Shown: positions 13,801 through 28,800 of the stretch, piece after piece
How positions within the stretch are numbered: the first letter of the stretch is position 1
Layout of the letters: each line of letters opens with the position of its first letter
Assembly (NCBI GenBank): GCA_037379345.1
Contig: CM074516.1
Location: 45,793,626 to 45,857,625 of the forward strand
From: Perna viridis
Taxonomy: Eukaryota
Direction of reading: 5' to 3'
DNA length: 64,000 bases
Notes under the pieces: model-generated
What the model was told of the DNA's origin: nothing
What the model saw: the letters and a program-made list of their open reading frames with translations, nothing else
Database searches by the model: none
Position numbers and translations under genes: made by a program

Positions 13801-16800
13801 TAGAATGACTATCTGTACCCCTGGAGGACCCCATCCAACGAGAACCAGCAAGTTTGCTGTAATTGGTTGCTTAGATCTCAACAGTGAACCAGATGCTGCA
13901 GTGAGTAGAAATACTTGTGAAGTTGATTTTAGGCTCATTGTGCCGAAGGTTCATGCTTTCCTCAGATTCAGGCGTTTTTTTTCTGGTGAAACCTTTTCCA
14001 CGTTCAGACTTTACTTGAGTTTTTCTCTGGTGCAGCTTTTCTTCAAATTTTAGCTTGCTATTTGTTATATTATATTGGCTTTAGCTGTAGCATTTTTTGT
14101 AAGACCACATTTTTGCATATGAGTGTCTGTGTCCTCTGCCATATGCTTTCCTCTTTTAAAGGTTTACATCAGGGGTCCAAAAGTATGCTTTGATTAATTT
14201 CAACAAAAACAGAATTCTTGAGTTTTATTGATCTGCCAAATCTATTCACATATTGAGATTTTCTATTATATGTCCCATTTTTAAGTTTGTCCTAATTATG
14301 GTACCAAATTAACCTTTGTTGTATTTTATAAAAAAAAGACAATTCTTTAAGTTGTTCATTATGCCAAAGGTAACCATGTGTTTAGATTAGGATTTTGGGT
14401 CCTGTATTTAAGATGGTCATAATCATAGTCCAAATGGCCTTAAAATCAATTCAGTTCGATATCAGCAAATATGAATATTTGGGTTCTTTGATATGCTGAA
14501 TCTAATTCTCTAGATCAGAAAATTTTGAATTTCAAATCTTCTGTGATCACATTCATTTGTGTCAGAAAACAATACTTTTTCAAACATTTAATCACAACTG
14601 TTCAGGGTTAGATCTCTACAGTTGCATGAAGCTGCACACTGCTGAGCTTTTAAAATCTCTTTAGATTTAAGTTTTTGCAATAAATTAGCTCTGTTCAGGA
14701 AGTGCCAAGAGGGGCTGCAGCATTATGTCAAAACAATTCCACATGTTCTTCCTTTCTGAAATATTTTTTGTGGACAATTAAGATAGAGAGAATGTTTCTA
14801 CAGACATTTAATACTGTACTGTATGCACTTCAGTGGAGCATTACATTTCATAGAACTAGTTATTATTGGAAACTTTATATTTGATGAGTTGCACATTTTT
14901 GTATGAGTAGGTTTGTATAGAAATTGATTGATATGCCCTGCTCATCCTTGTCATGTAGGCTGACATGCCACTAGTTCACCCTGTATAATTCATTAGACTT
15001 AGTAAATAATATCATGGGTTACCATACTCAGTTGATATTGTTCAGAATCATGCCATATACTGAAAGCTTTCAACACCAGATGAACTATGTAGGTTTGGGA
15101 AGTGGAAGTGAATTAGGAAATTCCTACTTAAATCTCAAGGGTCAGGCTGTGCTGGTGTAATTTAACTGATAAGTTTTATATGACATGGAAAATGTGGTTA
15201 AAATCCTAGTACATGATGATATGATAGTTAGAATCACATTTTGTGGTTACATGATATTTTATTGTTTCTTGCCTTTAGTATAAATGGGTGTTAAATGATA
15301 GAGTTTTCTATTCCTCTGTCTTTCACTCTGAATTAAACTGTTCTCCTAGGTGGATTTTGATGTAATTTGTGCAGATGGAAGCCTGTAATATTGTTTTAAA
15401 GTTCATAAGATCTAAGGTCAGGGACTGTCTTCCTGAAAATATCACTTCATATCATTAATTTACCATGAAGGATAGATGGAAGCCTGACTAACAAGGAAGA
15501 ATATTATTTATTCTGGGTCATTAGATCAAAGGTCAAGATCAATCTTGCGAAATATTATATTTTTGTTGCAATGAATTTGTTGTTTTGCTAGTCAAAAGTA
15601 TTTGTTTATCCTGAACTTGTACAGACAAAAAATATACTCCACATACATTAAAACATGAAATGTCAGAGACTAATATTTAACTTTTTCTTAAGCAAGGGAT
15701 TGTGCAAACTTAATGAATAACAAAAAAGAAACTTGTTTTGGTATTCTTCAAGCTGTCAATGGCAGGAACTTCAAGTTTCATCCTGACAGTACTTTTTACA
15801 GTATAGCTATTGAATACTTGAAAATAATTGAACTTTTGAGCTTTGTATTTTTTTTGTACAAGATTTTCTTGCTTGTCCTGATTGACAACCAAATCAATAC
15901 AAAGAATGTTAACTGTCATCAGGGAAGACATTTTTTTACATTGTTAGCATTCCATCCTAATACATGTTCCACAATCTGTTACTTCATTGTAAATCTGTGT
16001 CAAGTATGTTAATTAATCTGTGTGGTCTCATTGAATTAAAAGTACAAATGGGGGAGTCATGTTCTGCTGCTAATTAATGAGTTACTCAGTTAAATGGAAA
16101 ATTAATATTAATATTTCTATTTGTATTTTATGTTTTGTTTGATGTGAAACATATTGGTCTGTTATTAAAATGCTCTTTTCATTTATTGCTTGCTATTAAA
16201 TGATCCATTGTGACAATTTGAACTTAGATTATTTCAAAAGATTGTAACTTGTCTTTCATGAGTTATCACTGATTTTTGAGCCAATTGTCTTTAACTTTGG
16301 ACTATGTATCAATGAAAAAAAACAGTTTAATACCTGTAGTTATTCATTATCTGTAGATTTATATAAGGAATTGTTCCCTGTAGGTTGTATACTAAAACAG
16401 TACAATATTGCATTTAAAGGTCATCGTACAAAAAAAGTCAGTATGACTAAACCAAATGTGATACATTCCCTACACAATTTAATTAAGATGCTGGTGCAAA
16501 AAGAACATGTTAAGAAAGGGTTTCTGAAATGTTTTCTATTCACAGGTCTCTTTTTATTTTCAGTACCCAGTAGAAAATGACACATTTGAGACTGTTGGTT
16601 CATTCTGTTGTATAGCAGGAACAGTCACAGCCTCTATCAGACTGGAGAAGAAAGGATTTGCTTTACGTGATGCCATACCTGTCTATGCTGAAATAAAAAA
16701 TCTCAGTACACGGCGGATATCTCATACACATGTGTCTTTAATACAGGTAAGAATCTCAATCCAAGGAACCCATGGCCTTTAATTATCACACTGAATTGGT

Positions 16801-19800
16801 AGTGTTAGAGACTAAACATTAAGCATTATAAACAAACTAGAGAAGACAGGTTCATAACCTGGGAACTTATTCTATTACAGTGCTATTCTACTTGATAGTG
16901 AATTCTATCCAGAAAATGTGACTGGGAGATGCGTTTATGTTTATAATATCTTATCATATATCACTCAAATAGAACATCACAATTAGATACAAAAAATATG
17001 CATCAAAGACTTCAGTAGACTGGTAGTTGTTATGACGTATACTAAAAGATATAATGCTATTTGTACTTGCATCACCAATGTTAAATAGAGGTCTAGTATC
17101 CTTTTCCCTCTGTCTGTCTGTCTGTACCACCATCCGTCAGACTTAAGGGGGGTACTTTATTTGTGTAATCTGTAGTTTAAAAAGTATTTAACCATATTCA
17201 ACTAATATTATGCAAAACTCATTGTTTATATTTATAGTGATGTAGTGCACCTCCTATTATTGAGAACTTTGATAAAAAATTAATTTTGGAAAAAATTATA
17301 TCATGTTGAATTAGTCGTTTTTTATTGTAACTTTATGTTGTTGATGACACTTTTTTAGTGTAATCTGTAACTCCAAAGGTATTGAACCAATATTATTTAA
17401 ATTTTGCTCTGTGTTTTTTTAATTAACAGAATACTTTTTCTATTGTAACAGGTGCAACCATTATTCTTCATTAAAACATTTTCAGGAAGTTTAGTAATCT
17501 ATAGGCCAAATAAATCATACAGTTTCACCTTAGAGCCTAGTGCTCATTGTAACATTAAGACCTTATATTGTAAAATAATTTGCAATGATTTATATAAATT
17601 ACTCAAAGGAATGTCAAAGAAATGGAACATTAGTAGAAAATTAGAAATAAAGTTTGCTACTTAAATATATATTTGTTGTAGCAGCTGTATGGGTTCAGTT
17701 ACCAAGTACATTAATGTGACCTTGACATTGCTGAAGTAAGGATTTTCCATGAAATAAACATTGGATAAGATTAATGACCTCTCTTGTTCTAGGAAGTATC
17801 ATGGAACCATTTTCTTTGCATGTTTTGTAGCAATTTAAGATATTAGAAACCTTTCTATTTGATGATAAATTGTTTTTTCCATGTATTTCAACAGGAAATC
17901 ATCTTAAATATGTTAATGTCATGAGATTTTCATTTGTATGTTGTCCTTAGTGGTACTCTCCATAGATGTGTGATATCGATCAAGATTTGTCTTTTTGGCT
18001 TTCTAATTGTTAGATGTTACATAACAAGTTCAGATAATTCACTATGACTGGTTCTAAATCTCAGGCATCAATATTATAGTTAATTAGTTTGCCCAAGATC
18101 TTTAACTATAAAAGCATCTGTCTTTAATAGAAGTTACTTTTATAAATTTTAATTTTGTAAGTTGACATCCTGATACCACTTTTCTGCATAGTTTTAGTTT
18201 ACTGGTCTAGTCTAAGGATATTGTATGAACATTTTAGGATAATTCTTCAGTTCTATGGTTCATGGTACTGATAGTGAAAGGGATTTTCTATCAAATTTTT
18301 CAGATTTTGTAAACTTACTATTGTTTTTGGTATCTTCAATAAATTTTGGCATTCTGACTCCTTGCCTTCCTTTCTTATGTGCCAGTATTGAAATCTCTGA
18401 GCTTAAATCTGTCATTTTGCCTATCTAAGGAATTCAGCTTGTTACAATGATACTATTGTCCATTTTGTAATTCTGGGCAGGAATGTAATATATTTTCCAG
18501 TTGTCTTGGCACAAGTTTTACTCTTTTTACATAAGTCAACATTTCTAGTGAAAGATATTTTTGATAAAGTTCTTGATAATATTTATTGAGTAGGTACAGA
18601 ACTGCACTCATGGTTTAAACATTTTGTTAAGATTTAGAAATAGTTTAAAGATAAGTCTGAAACCAAATGTCAGCATGCAAGATGGAAAACAATTGCAAAC
18701 AACCTTGTAAGCAGACATATGGATGTTCATCCTTCTTATTTCTAAAGTTTTATTTTTTTCTAAAAAATTTAATTTGATTTCCAACTAATTCACATGCCAC
18801 CTACATGTAGACCTTTCTATGATATATCCAGTAAGAGATAAGACTTTAATTAACACTGCAGTTTCATTGAGTTTTTTTTTAACACATGGGAATATATATG
18901 GTTATGACTATATACTTTAGGCTCATGTTTAAATGGTTGCAACTCAGTAGCATCAAATGATTTGCCAATGGCACTTACAGGCAATATTAATTTCCATGGT
19001 GAGACATCAACATTAATTTGGCAACAGTTTGGAAAAACGTGATCATTTTTTTAAAAATAGCTATGCATGTTATAGCTTACAGCTACATTTTATTATTGCA
19101 TTTGGTAAAACTTTAACATGCAAATAAAGTACATTGTTGTGAATAGTTTCTTTATTTCTAAGTTTTCAATTATTTTTATTTATGAACGAAAGACGGTAAT
19201 GTTATTTCCCGCTATATGTAACGTAATAATTGCTACGTTGCCACCGGAAGCGACAACTCTTGTATGGAACATCTAGAAACTAAACATATAGAAAGTTGAT
19301 CGTCTTATAGTTGTTTTTCATCGCTCAACATTCCCTAAAATACATGCTTCAAAGGAGAGGAGATTACCCTTTTATAAAGTGCAAGAAAATGATAAGAGTT
19401 GATTGTTTTGAAATCAGATGCCTCATAAATAATCTCATTTTGATTTCCCAACAATCCACTCAGAGCTCATTAAATGACCAATCAAATAAGTGTAAAATGA
19501 AGTAATGATAGAGTGGCTAACCTCCCTTTATAAAATTGCAACATTAAAATTATTTAAGTTTTGTATGTTAAAACATGAACCCCCCCCCCCCCCCAAGAGA
19601 AAAATAGTTTAAAAAATAGTTATAAAATTCATTATTTAGAACAGTTGTATTATAGTATTTCTAATAGAGCAGTTTTAGTACCTTGTTATTGTAATGTAAA
19701 GTAACCCTGTGGACTCCAAGACATGTAAAATAACCCTGTGGTCTTCAAGACATGTAAAGTAACCCTGTGTTCTCCAAGACATTTAAGGACATCATATAAG

Positions 19801-22800
19801 AAAAAAAACATGTGAATATAATTCCTACTTCTTCACTTGAGGAACCTTGGAGCATCCAATTCACTTAGACCCTCCATTGTCATAGTGGTAGTGAAGTCTT
19901 TTTGAAATAATTTAAAATTAGAATGAAATGCCAGCAAGTTGATTATATATTGAAGTTGTTTGTTTTTTTAAAGTACAGTTTGAAAGTATGTATGCATCGA
20001 AGCTTGCATGTTAGGGAACAATCATGCATCTTTGAAATTAATGGCCCAATGCACATTTTGATTAATTGGTCATGGAAAACATAGGTTGATCTATAATAGG
20101 AATCTAAAGTGAAGACATAACTAATTCTCTATTGGTATTCCCTGCTACCACAATAGAACTCCTCTGTATATTGTAGATAATGGTACTTTAGCAGTTTTGT
20201 ACTGAGAATGGTTTCTTTCCTTGCCAATTTGAGTGCTGGAGTCCCATATTGTATCTATCAATGAAAATGGGATTAACAAGGCTGTTTGATAGACAAAATT
20301 CTAATTAATGATTTAGACATTTGTTTTCTAAACAGGAAATCAAGTGCAATCAACTTGTTAATTATCCTTAATACACCTGGATTACACCTGAGTTACACCT
20401 GAAATACACCTAAGAGATCAAAGGCTTTGGTCATAGTATGGAATGTTACTGTTGTTGATATTCTTCAGGTGAACCTAATATCTCAGTTCTTTGTTTCTAA
20501 ATCTTTTGTTTTGGTATTTACTTGTATTATTGATGTTTAGATCTTTCAATTTCATTCTTATTATTCTCTTGGGTTTAAAATGTACAAATACCTCTTATCA
20601 ATTATATTGAATTGAACTGTAGGTACAAACTTTACATTGGTCTAAATATTTTGAACCCCTCTTTAACGGGATAATCTTGTTTCTATTTTGATAGTGGTGT
20701 GAGGTGAAGCTATGTGTATTCCTTTAATGTATGCATTAATGTAGAAATCTAAAGGTTGTATTTTTCAAATGTATCAGATATCCACATTATCTCAGTGCTG
20801 ACTTGACTGAAGCCTTATTTACTGTCCAACTCACTTTGTCCTTTACTTGTGATGTATGGTGGACTGGAGTGTTGGTTTATATTTGTCTTGTGATGTATGG
20901 TGGACTGGAGTGTTGGTTTATATTTGTCTAGTGATGTATGATGGACTGGAGTGTCAGTTTATATTTGTCTAGTGATGTATGGTGGGCTGGAGTGTCGGTT
21001 TTAATTTGTCTAGTGATGTATGGTAGGCTAGAGTGTCATTTTATACTTGTCTGGTGATGGATGGTGGACTGGAGTGTCAGTTTATATTTGTCTGGTTATG
21101 TATAGTGGGCTGGAGTGTCAGTTCATATTTGTCTGGTGATGTGTGGTGGACTGGAGTGTCAGTTTGTGTTTGTCTAGTGATGTATGGTGGACTGGATTGT
21201 CAGTTTATATTTGTCTAGTGATGGATGGTGGACTGGATTGTCAGTTTATATTTGTCTAGTGATGTATAGTGGACTGGAGTGTCAGTTTATATTTGTCTAG
21301 TGATGTATGGTGGGCTGGAGTGTTGGTTTATACTTGTCTAGTGATGTATGGTTGACTGGAGTGTCGGTTTATATTTGTCTAGTGATGTATAGTGGACTGG
21401 AGTGTCAGTTTATATTTGTCTCTCTGTGTTTAGAGTTCTTTGTTACACTTTAATGATGAATTATAAAGATACAGTAGTAAGAGAAAGTTCATATGAGGTT
21501 TACAATTGTGTATACCTAATAACTTTCAATGCACAGTTAAATACTCATATCTCTCTTTTAATGAAGTTTCTCAGTTTAGTTACATGTATATATGTATTAA
21601 GCTTTCATTATTAGGTATGCATTGTATTAACTTATAATATTTCCAACATAGATGGCTTCTTCAGAGCCATCTAGATCTGACATTTGACATTTTGATAACA
21701 GCAAAGCAGAGGCTACAATAAATGTGCTTATTGATTGCCATATTTCATTTGAAGTAACCATATAGAATGTCTAAAAAAACACATTGAAAACTCATTGAGT
21801 AGGCAGTATGTAGTCTATAATGCTTGGTTCCACTACATTTACTGTTAGTTATGTTCCAATGATCCTGAACACATTATCAGTTAATTCAGTGAAAGTGAGT
21901 GTTTATTATATGTTTAAGTCAACCTTAAGAGAATCTAATTAACCAGAAGCAGTATCTGAACACTGATCACAGTTGGCGGTCACTATTTTAATTTCCATGC
22001 ACTTCTCTAAAAGATTCAGTTCATTAAAACAAATGCATAAAGTGCAAGTGGAGGTCTGTCTGTCTGTTAATATATGAACCATGTTACTTCTGTATACCTC
22101 ACTAATTATCATTTTTACAAAAGCATGCTGGCATTGTGCATCATGCACTGTAGCCTTTTAATGGTATATGATCAAGTCTTGTAATTATTTCCTGACATTG
22201 ATGGGAGAATGGATGTTCAATACGAAGTGTTAATACATGTCCTTTACTCTTACTATGAAAAGACAATCTGCCTTAATGAAAGGTTTTATGGACTACCTTA
22301 CTTATACCCCTTCTACCACAAAGTTTAGTGTTCAGTATTGACAGAAATTTGGTTTACATGGATACTGTGATGTGTGATTTCAGTCAGTTTAGTGAGGGTT
22401 TTGTTTAGAAATATGATGAATCAAGATCTTTACCACCTCCTTGATCTGTACCCAGTGTAAGGTTAAACAATAACCAGCTGCCAAAAATGATAGATGTATT
22501 TTCATTTGAAATCTTAACAATTTAGATATGATACTGTCTTCTATCTGTGTGTGGTATGGTTTGTAACTGATTTTGTTGACATTTATGAATCATTCTCACA
22601 AAGTTCTGATTTCCTACTTGACCCTTTTTATTGGCATACATAAAACATGGAGAATATTGTAGTTGTTGTAGAAGTAACATGTGAAGCCTGGCTGGTTTGT
22701 GTTGTTATGGTGAGTTGATCTGTTTTGACTTAATTTGCTATTATGAACTGAGATGGGATTGATTTATTTTCCATTTCTAAGACCTCATTAATATATTTCT

Positions 22801-25800
22801 TCCTATGTTACCAGCCATTAGTTGAAATAGAAAGTTGTTGGAGGAGTTTATATACATTTAGTCATTCTTGTTCTCCATTCCATCTTATTGGCCATCATTT
22901 TAATGAATACCATCATCATTTATACAATGTCACAAGATAATCAGTATTCAGTAAGGCTTCTGATAACCAAAAGGTGATTGAGCCTGCTAATCATGACTTT
23001 AGTGATGATTATGTAATATGTGATGAAGAAATATAAAATACTTGCCTGAATAAATAAAACTTGAGGTTTTGTCTTGTTATCTTTGAGCACTGTTTGGCTG
23101 TGGTACTTGGATTGCTGAGTGCTTTGGTGGTAAATGTAATTGTTAATGATTTGTAATTATAAGAAGATGTTTTTCTTACCAAATGATTAATAATTCTATT
23201 GCAGACTGTATGCATGATTACAGAAATCTGCTATTGTAGATCTCATTGAGAACATTCTCATGTGTATGTTAGATTCTTTTTAGTTATTTCAATAACTGAA
23301 CAACTGTATCCCCAGTCTTTCTATCATTTGCCTCCTTTTTCTGGCCAGATAAACAAACCTAGCAGTACCAAGTATCAACAGTGTCTGTATTTATTATGTT
23401 AGTTGCAGATATATGTGCACTATACTTATTTTACTAGTGTTAAAACAGTGTAACAGATATAAATTTATAATTTTACACTAATTTATAAATAGACCCGAGA
23501 AATCGATCTTTGTTCTTCACTTTGGTTGCAGAAGAATATTCATGTAAATTGTCAAATCTTAAAATAACTGTATTCTGTATTTTTTATGAGTTTTATATCG
23601 ATGTCCCTTTGAATCATGAATGTCTCTATGTAACTCTATGATTGGTTCAGTATTGTATACCCCTACATATTCTGTTCCTTAGATTGATGTCGTGGAGTCC
23701 TGTATTAGCTTTCAGAAACATGGAGATTGGTTTCATGTCTGTCACTATGAAAAAAAATCACACACATTTCAACTTCCATGCCAACACTATTTTTCTCAAT
23801 ATAATGCTTACAGGCTGTTTTTCTTGAGTGATTAAAGTCTGAAAGCTGTAATCTACATACATATTAAAAGTGTTCTTCAACAAGCATTAATACTGCTTTA
23901 TTGTGCGTGTTAGAATTTATAAGACTGCTTATTCTACCATCATACAACAATTAACCCTCATGTACAAATTACATGCCTAAGCTGTTTGATAAATAACAGG
24001 GGTTAATAACCAATAATCCAATGTATTTATTACCCATGATGCTCTTATAAATGCACAATTATGCTTTATTGTGATATTTTCATATCTTGACTACATTATC
24101 TGTGTCAAAACAGCTTAGAACATAGGTTTTTTTCTGGTATTTTGGCATTGTTTCTTTGCAATTTACGCAAGAGGTTTCTGAACGAATATTTGTAGCAATC
24201 CATCTTTAGGTTTAAAACTGGGATATTGACTCTGACATTAAAATCATCTTACTGCCAGTACATAATTCTTTAGTATGAACCTTTTCTATTTATAGAATTA
24301 CATGTATAGTGACATTACAATGTCCTTCTTTTTAGTCATACATTATAGAGTATGGAAATAGATGGTGACAATTGTTTTCAGATGGTTATGCAATAAATAA
24401 TGGTAATAGAGTTTAATTATTGTCACTTATCTTTTTTTATTTACTGCTTTTTTGACATTGCATGAGAAACATTTAAATACTCTGATTAAGAATCAGGCAA
24501 AATATGAATAAGGTGGGGACATGAAGAAAAAAACACAGAGATTTTATTGCATTATTCAAGTATTCATACTGCATAACTTCCAAAAACAATTAAGAATTAC
24601 GGCCAAAAATGATTAAAAACAACCTTTTTACGATGGAACCATTTCACAATAGGAAAGCTGGGATCAATTTTAGGGAGATATGTGTATACTTTCCCTTACT
24701 ATTCAGGATTTGACTCTGCGGTTGTATCAAGCTTAACCCTGTGAAGTATTTGATAAGAAGTGTATTGGCAAATTTGCCTTTAGATAAAAGGTATAATAAA
24801 ATGCAAAAATGTGTGAAATTATTAAATTCAATGTACCAGGAAGATTTGAAGTTAACTGATGGGGCCTCTTGTTTATGTTGTGTCTCATCTTTATACCTAC
24901 ATCATCACTTTGCATTATTTATAAGAACAATAGATACCTGTCTGATCTCCTCACTGAATATATACATCAGATGAACCATCTTCATCTAAAAATAATAAAC
25001 TAATTTATGGAACAATAAAGATTATTGGCTTGTAATAACATCTTGCTATGGTGTCTCGATTTTATCAGTCAAGCCAATAAGATTTAATTAACATGCCTGA
25101 ACTGATACCAGAAAGAGAGACTCAATATATATCAGAATGATGTGTAATGTTAAAAAAAAGAAAATGATTATGTTTTGTTTTACTTATTAAGTTTTTTTTT
25201 GAAGATTTTAATTAATGCATATTTATCTATTGAATATGGACTTGAAAAGGTATTGCCCCTGCTCTGTCTTTACATCTGCTTTGTGTCAAATCAATATTTA
25301 TATAATGTTTTAATGAAGTCATTTTGATGTCTGAAGCTGCTAGTTTTCTCATGTTTATTGTTTTATGCTAGGTTTGTTATGTTTTTTATTGGATTCTCAG
25401 ACCACTTTTGAATTGATTGTTGTGAATTTTGTTGTCTACATTAGCAAGAGATAAAAGGGTTGATTTGGGCTGCATCAAATTAGTATAACCCTGGTACATC
25501 TTATGTGCCTGTCCCAAGTCTGGAAATCTATTCTTTGTCAGTCTTGTGTGATTTTGAATTTCAGTTAAGGTGTGTTATGTGATGCCAGTTTTGCTGAACT
25601 CTGATATATTTATTGTTTCAGTGCCAGTTAGTGGTAGACTGGCTGCTTTTTGCTGTTTTTTCATTGCTGTATAGTTGGGTTTTTTCTCCTTGGCACATTC
25701 CTTGGTTCCACTTTCTCTATAAATGACAGTTTTCATAGTCCAGAATCAAATTCAGCAACTCTGAAATGTTATTTTTGTCAATATTTCTTAATTTACACGG

Positions 25801-28800
25801 ACTATTCAGCTATCTGAGTGAACTTTGGTATTTATTAATATGTAATTAGAGTCTGTGAACTTTCTTTTTGGTTATAGATAGAAAATGATGAAAAATAAAT
25901 TGCACCATCTTTACATGGAGTAAATCTAAAGTTTAACACTGACTAAATTTTTAATGAATGTGTTTCATTTCTTAGGTTACTGTGGTTGATTAAGTTAGAA
26001 TATATACAAAAATAGCATCTAGGATAGAAATAGACTTGACTTTCCTTGGATTGAGACCAGAATATAAGACAAATATGGTAGGCTCCTACAATCTCAGACA
26101 AATATATTACAAGTTTGGCATTGCAAGATGAAAAATAAATTGTTTTGCAGATTTATTGTAATATAGCTACAACACTTAAAGATGGGGATCAATCAGAAAA
26201 AAAAATGGAATTGTACATGAAAATGAATTTGTCTGTATAAAACTGTGCTACAGAATTTATGGTCTGTGCACGGTAAGATAAATGGAATTAAATGGCATTT
26301 AAAGCAGTATGGTCTCTTTAATTAAAGGAATCATTGAATTTATTTAAAGCTTTGTTGATACTAGCAGTACATCTGCCTGGTCTATCATCTCTGCTATTTA
26401 CATGACTTAATCATTTAATGAGATTTTTAAAAAAATGGAGAATGCTTTCACAATACGGTATTCATAAAAAAAATAAAATTATTGAATAGAGGGGGTTTGG
26501 TGGATGAATTATCCTATTTTCCAATCTTTTGAAATGGAACTATTAATTGTTATATATCACTATAAGATAAGCATATAAAATAATTCTGCTTTTAAGTTTG
26601 TTTTGTCTGGGACAAAGAATAGGTAATCACCTATATCGGTTGTTTCTTTCCCCTGTCTTTGTTTTTCAGTTGTCAGATTATTTGGTACTCTAGTTTCAGG
26701 ATATTAGCACTTCCTTTTTGAAGAGTCTTGTTAGTGTTTGTATATTGGACACTTGAAAACAAATTTCTAGGTAACTATTATATTGACCAAACTCTTTACA
26801 TTATTTGATTGATTCTAGAAGTAGGCACCATAGGGATAAATGTCTTTCTGCTTCATATATTATGTGTTTTTTTTTTCTTTTTTTTATTCCTTTTTTTTCA
26901 TTTCTCTTGCTTCCTGACAGGTTCTTTATAATATCTACCATACATTGCTGCAGATCTTGCTTTCATACAACTTTAAGTTAAGTTTTCCAACATATTGGAT
27001 GAATTTACAGTTATATATGTTCATCATAAATACAGATAGTTAAACAAACTGTATTTGAAGCCCTTTCTCTTCACCACAGCACATTTTATCCTTTATAAAC
27101 CTCTCTGTGGTTAAACACTTCATTGCATCCTTTTTTGTATTACCCTACGTTACCTCAGGGGGACCCACTATATTGAAGATCTAGGTCTCATTTCTTCTGA
27201 TATTTGTTTAATTATAGGATCATTTGATTCAGTCAATACTAATCTAAAATACTGAATAACTTTATGGTGGAGAAATGTGAATGTTATTAAGTGATTTTTG
27301 TCAATTATCAGTTGTAATATTCTACACTGATTTAAGCCTTTTGTTTATGAGAGTGTCCTAGTTTTGAGATAAGAATTAAGCTTTGTATTTGAACTATTCT
27401 GTCAATTGTCTCTCAGTAAAATTCTAATTCACAAATGTACTTCAAAAATATTTAATATGTTATTGAATAAGATTTGACATTTAAATTACAGTTTTTTTTC
27501 TGGACAGTTCTGTGATTGAGTTGTAATTGTGGTATAAAGCCTTTTACTACACTGCTTATTTACTGTTGAAAATCTGTGTGAATTTTAATTGAAAATATCA
27601 GTGAGAATTTCTCATATTTACTTCCCATTAAGAAATATTTTTAAGTGGTATATGTTGTCATGTACTTATTATTAAGAATTAATTTGAAGACTTATTTTAA
27701 CTACAAGCACCATTGATGTGTAAGGTTTACTCCAATAAAAAGAGTAACATATAAACATTGATCTAACAACTAGTACCATTACATCCATGATGAGACGTAC
27801 TTGTTCAGTTCATTGACCGCCCAAATGATGATAGTATTGACATTCACCATGTACATCATTGCTGTTTAGAGCCATACATACATCTTCTCTTAGAATTACA
27901 TGAGAACAAATTTGGAACCATATATATTCTTTACTGAGTCCTGTTGACTGCAATTTTCTGGATGTTCACTTCTATCAATGGAATGATATTGTCTTGTTTG
28001 GGAAGCAAATTGTCAGGAAATGGATGTACTTTACAAAGACTGTAATATCAGTAAGCTGTCGAGATAATATGATTGACAGATTCTGGATCAGTTTTCACCC
28101 ATTTTGGAGATGTTATTTATGAATTTCTATTTATGTATGTCCTGCGTGACTTTTATGATTTAGTGAGATGTCTAATGATGAGGATGAATGTTGGGATGTT
28201 GTCTGACATTCACTATATAACTTTCTGCTAATTGTAGGCTGCATGAAGAGAAAGTTTTCCACTGTTTAATGTGACATAAACAGTACAGAAAGTACTCCCC
28301 TTTAATCAGTGGGTTAAACCATGTACTTTTGGAGTTTTTCTCAATACATCCATCTGGTTGTAAAACTTCTATTTTTATGCTGTTTTGTGCTTCAAATTTC
28401 ATCCATTATGGTAATGAAATGGATGTTTTGGGACTGGCTGTGAGACTAATGGTCAGTAATTAAGTGGTATCAATTATAAATGGTACTCTCCTGAAGGTAA
28501 ACTTATTGGTAAAGTTACTGGAACTCTATCCACAAGATAATTTTATTATGTAAAATAAGCTAACTGAATTGGTTAGAAATTTGTTTTTGAATATTAAGTA
28601 TAAAAACATTTTACAGAGCCGTTTTTTTTTCTCAATGGGTTAGAAATTATGAGTTGCTTAAAAGTACAATTTTTGTCAGCAACACATATCAATTACAACA
28701 TGGATGTTAACACTGATAATCTAATTGTATTTGTAACAAGCTTTCTGATTGGTTAGTTCTCTTTGACAAAACCAGGTTATTTTGTATAACTTGTATAACC

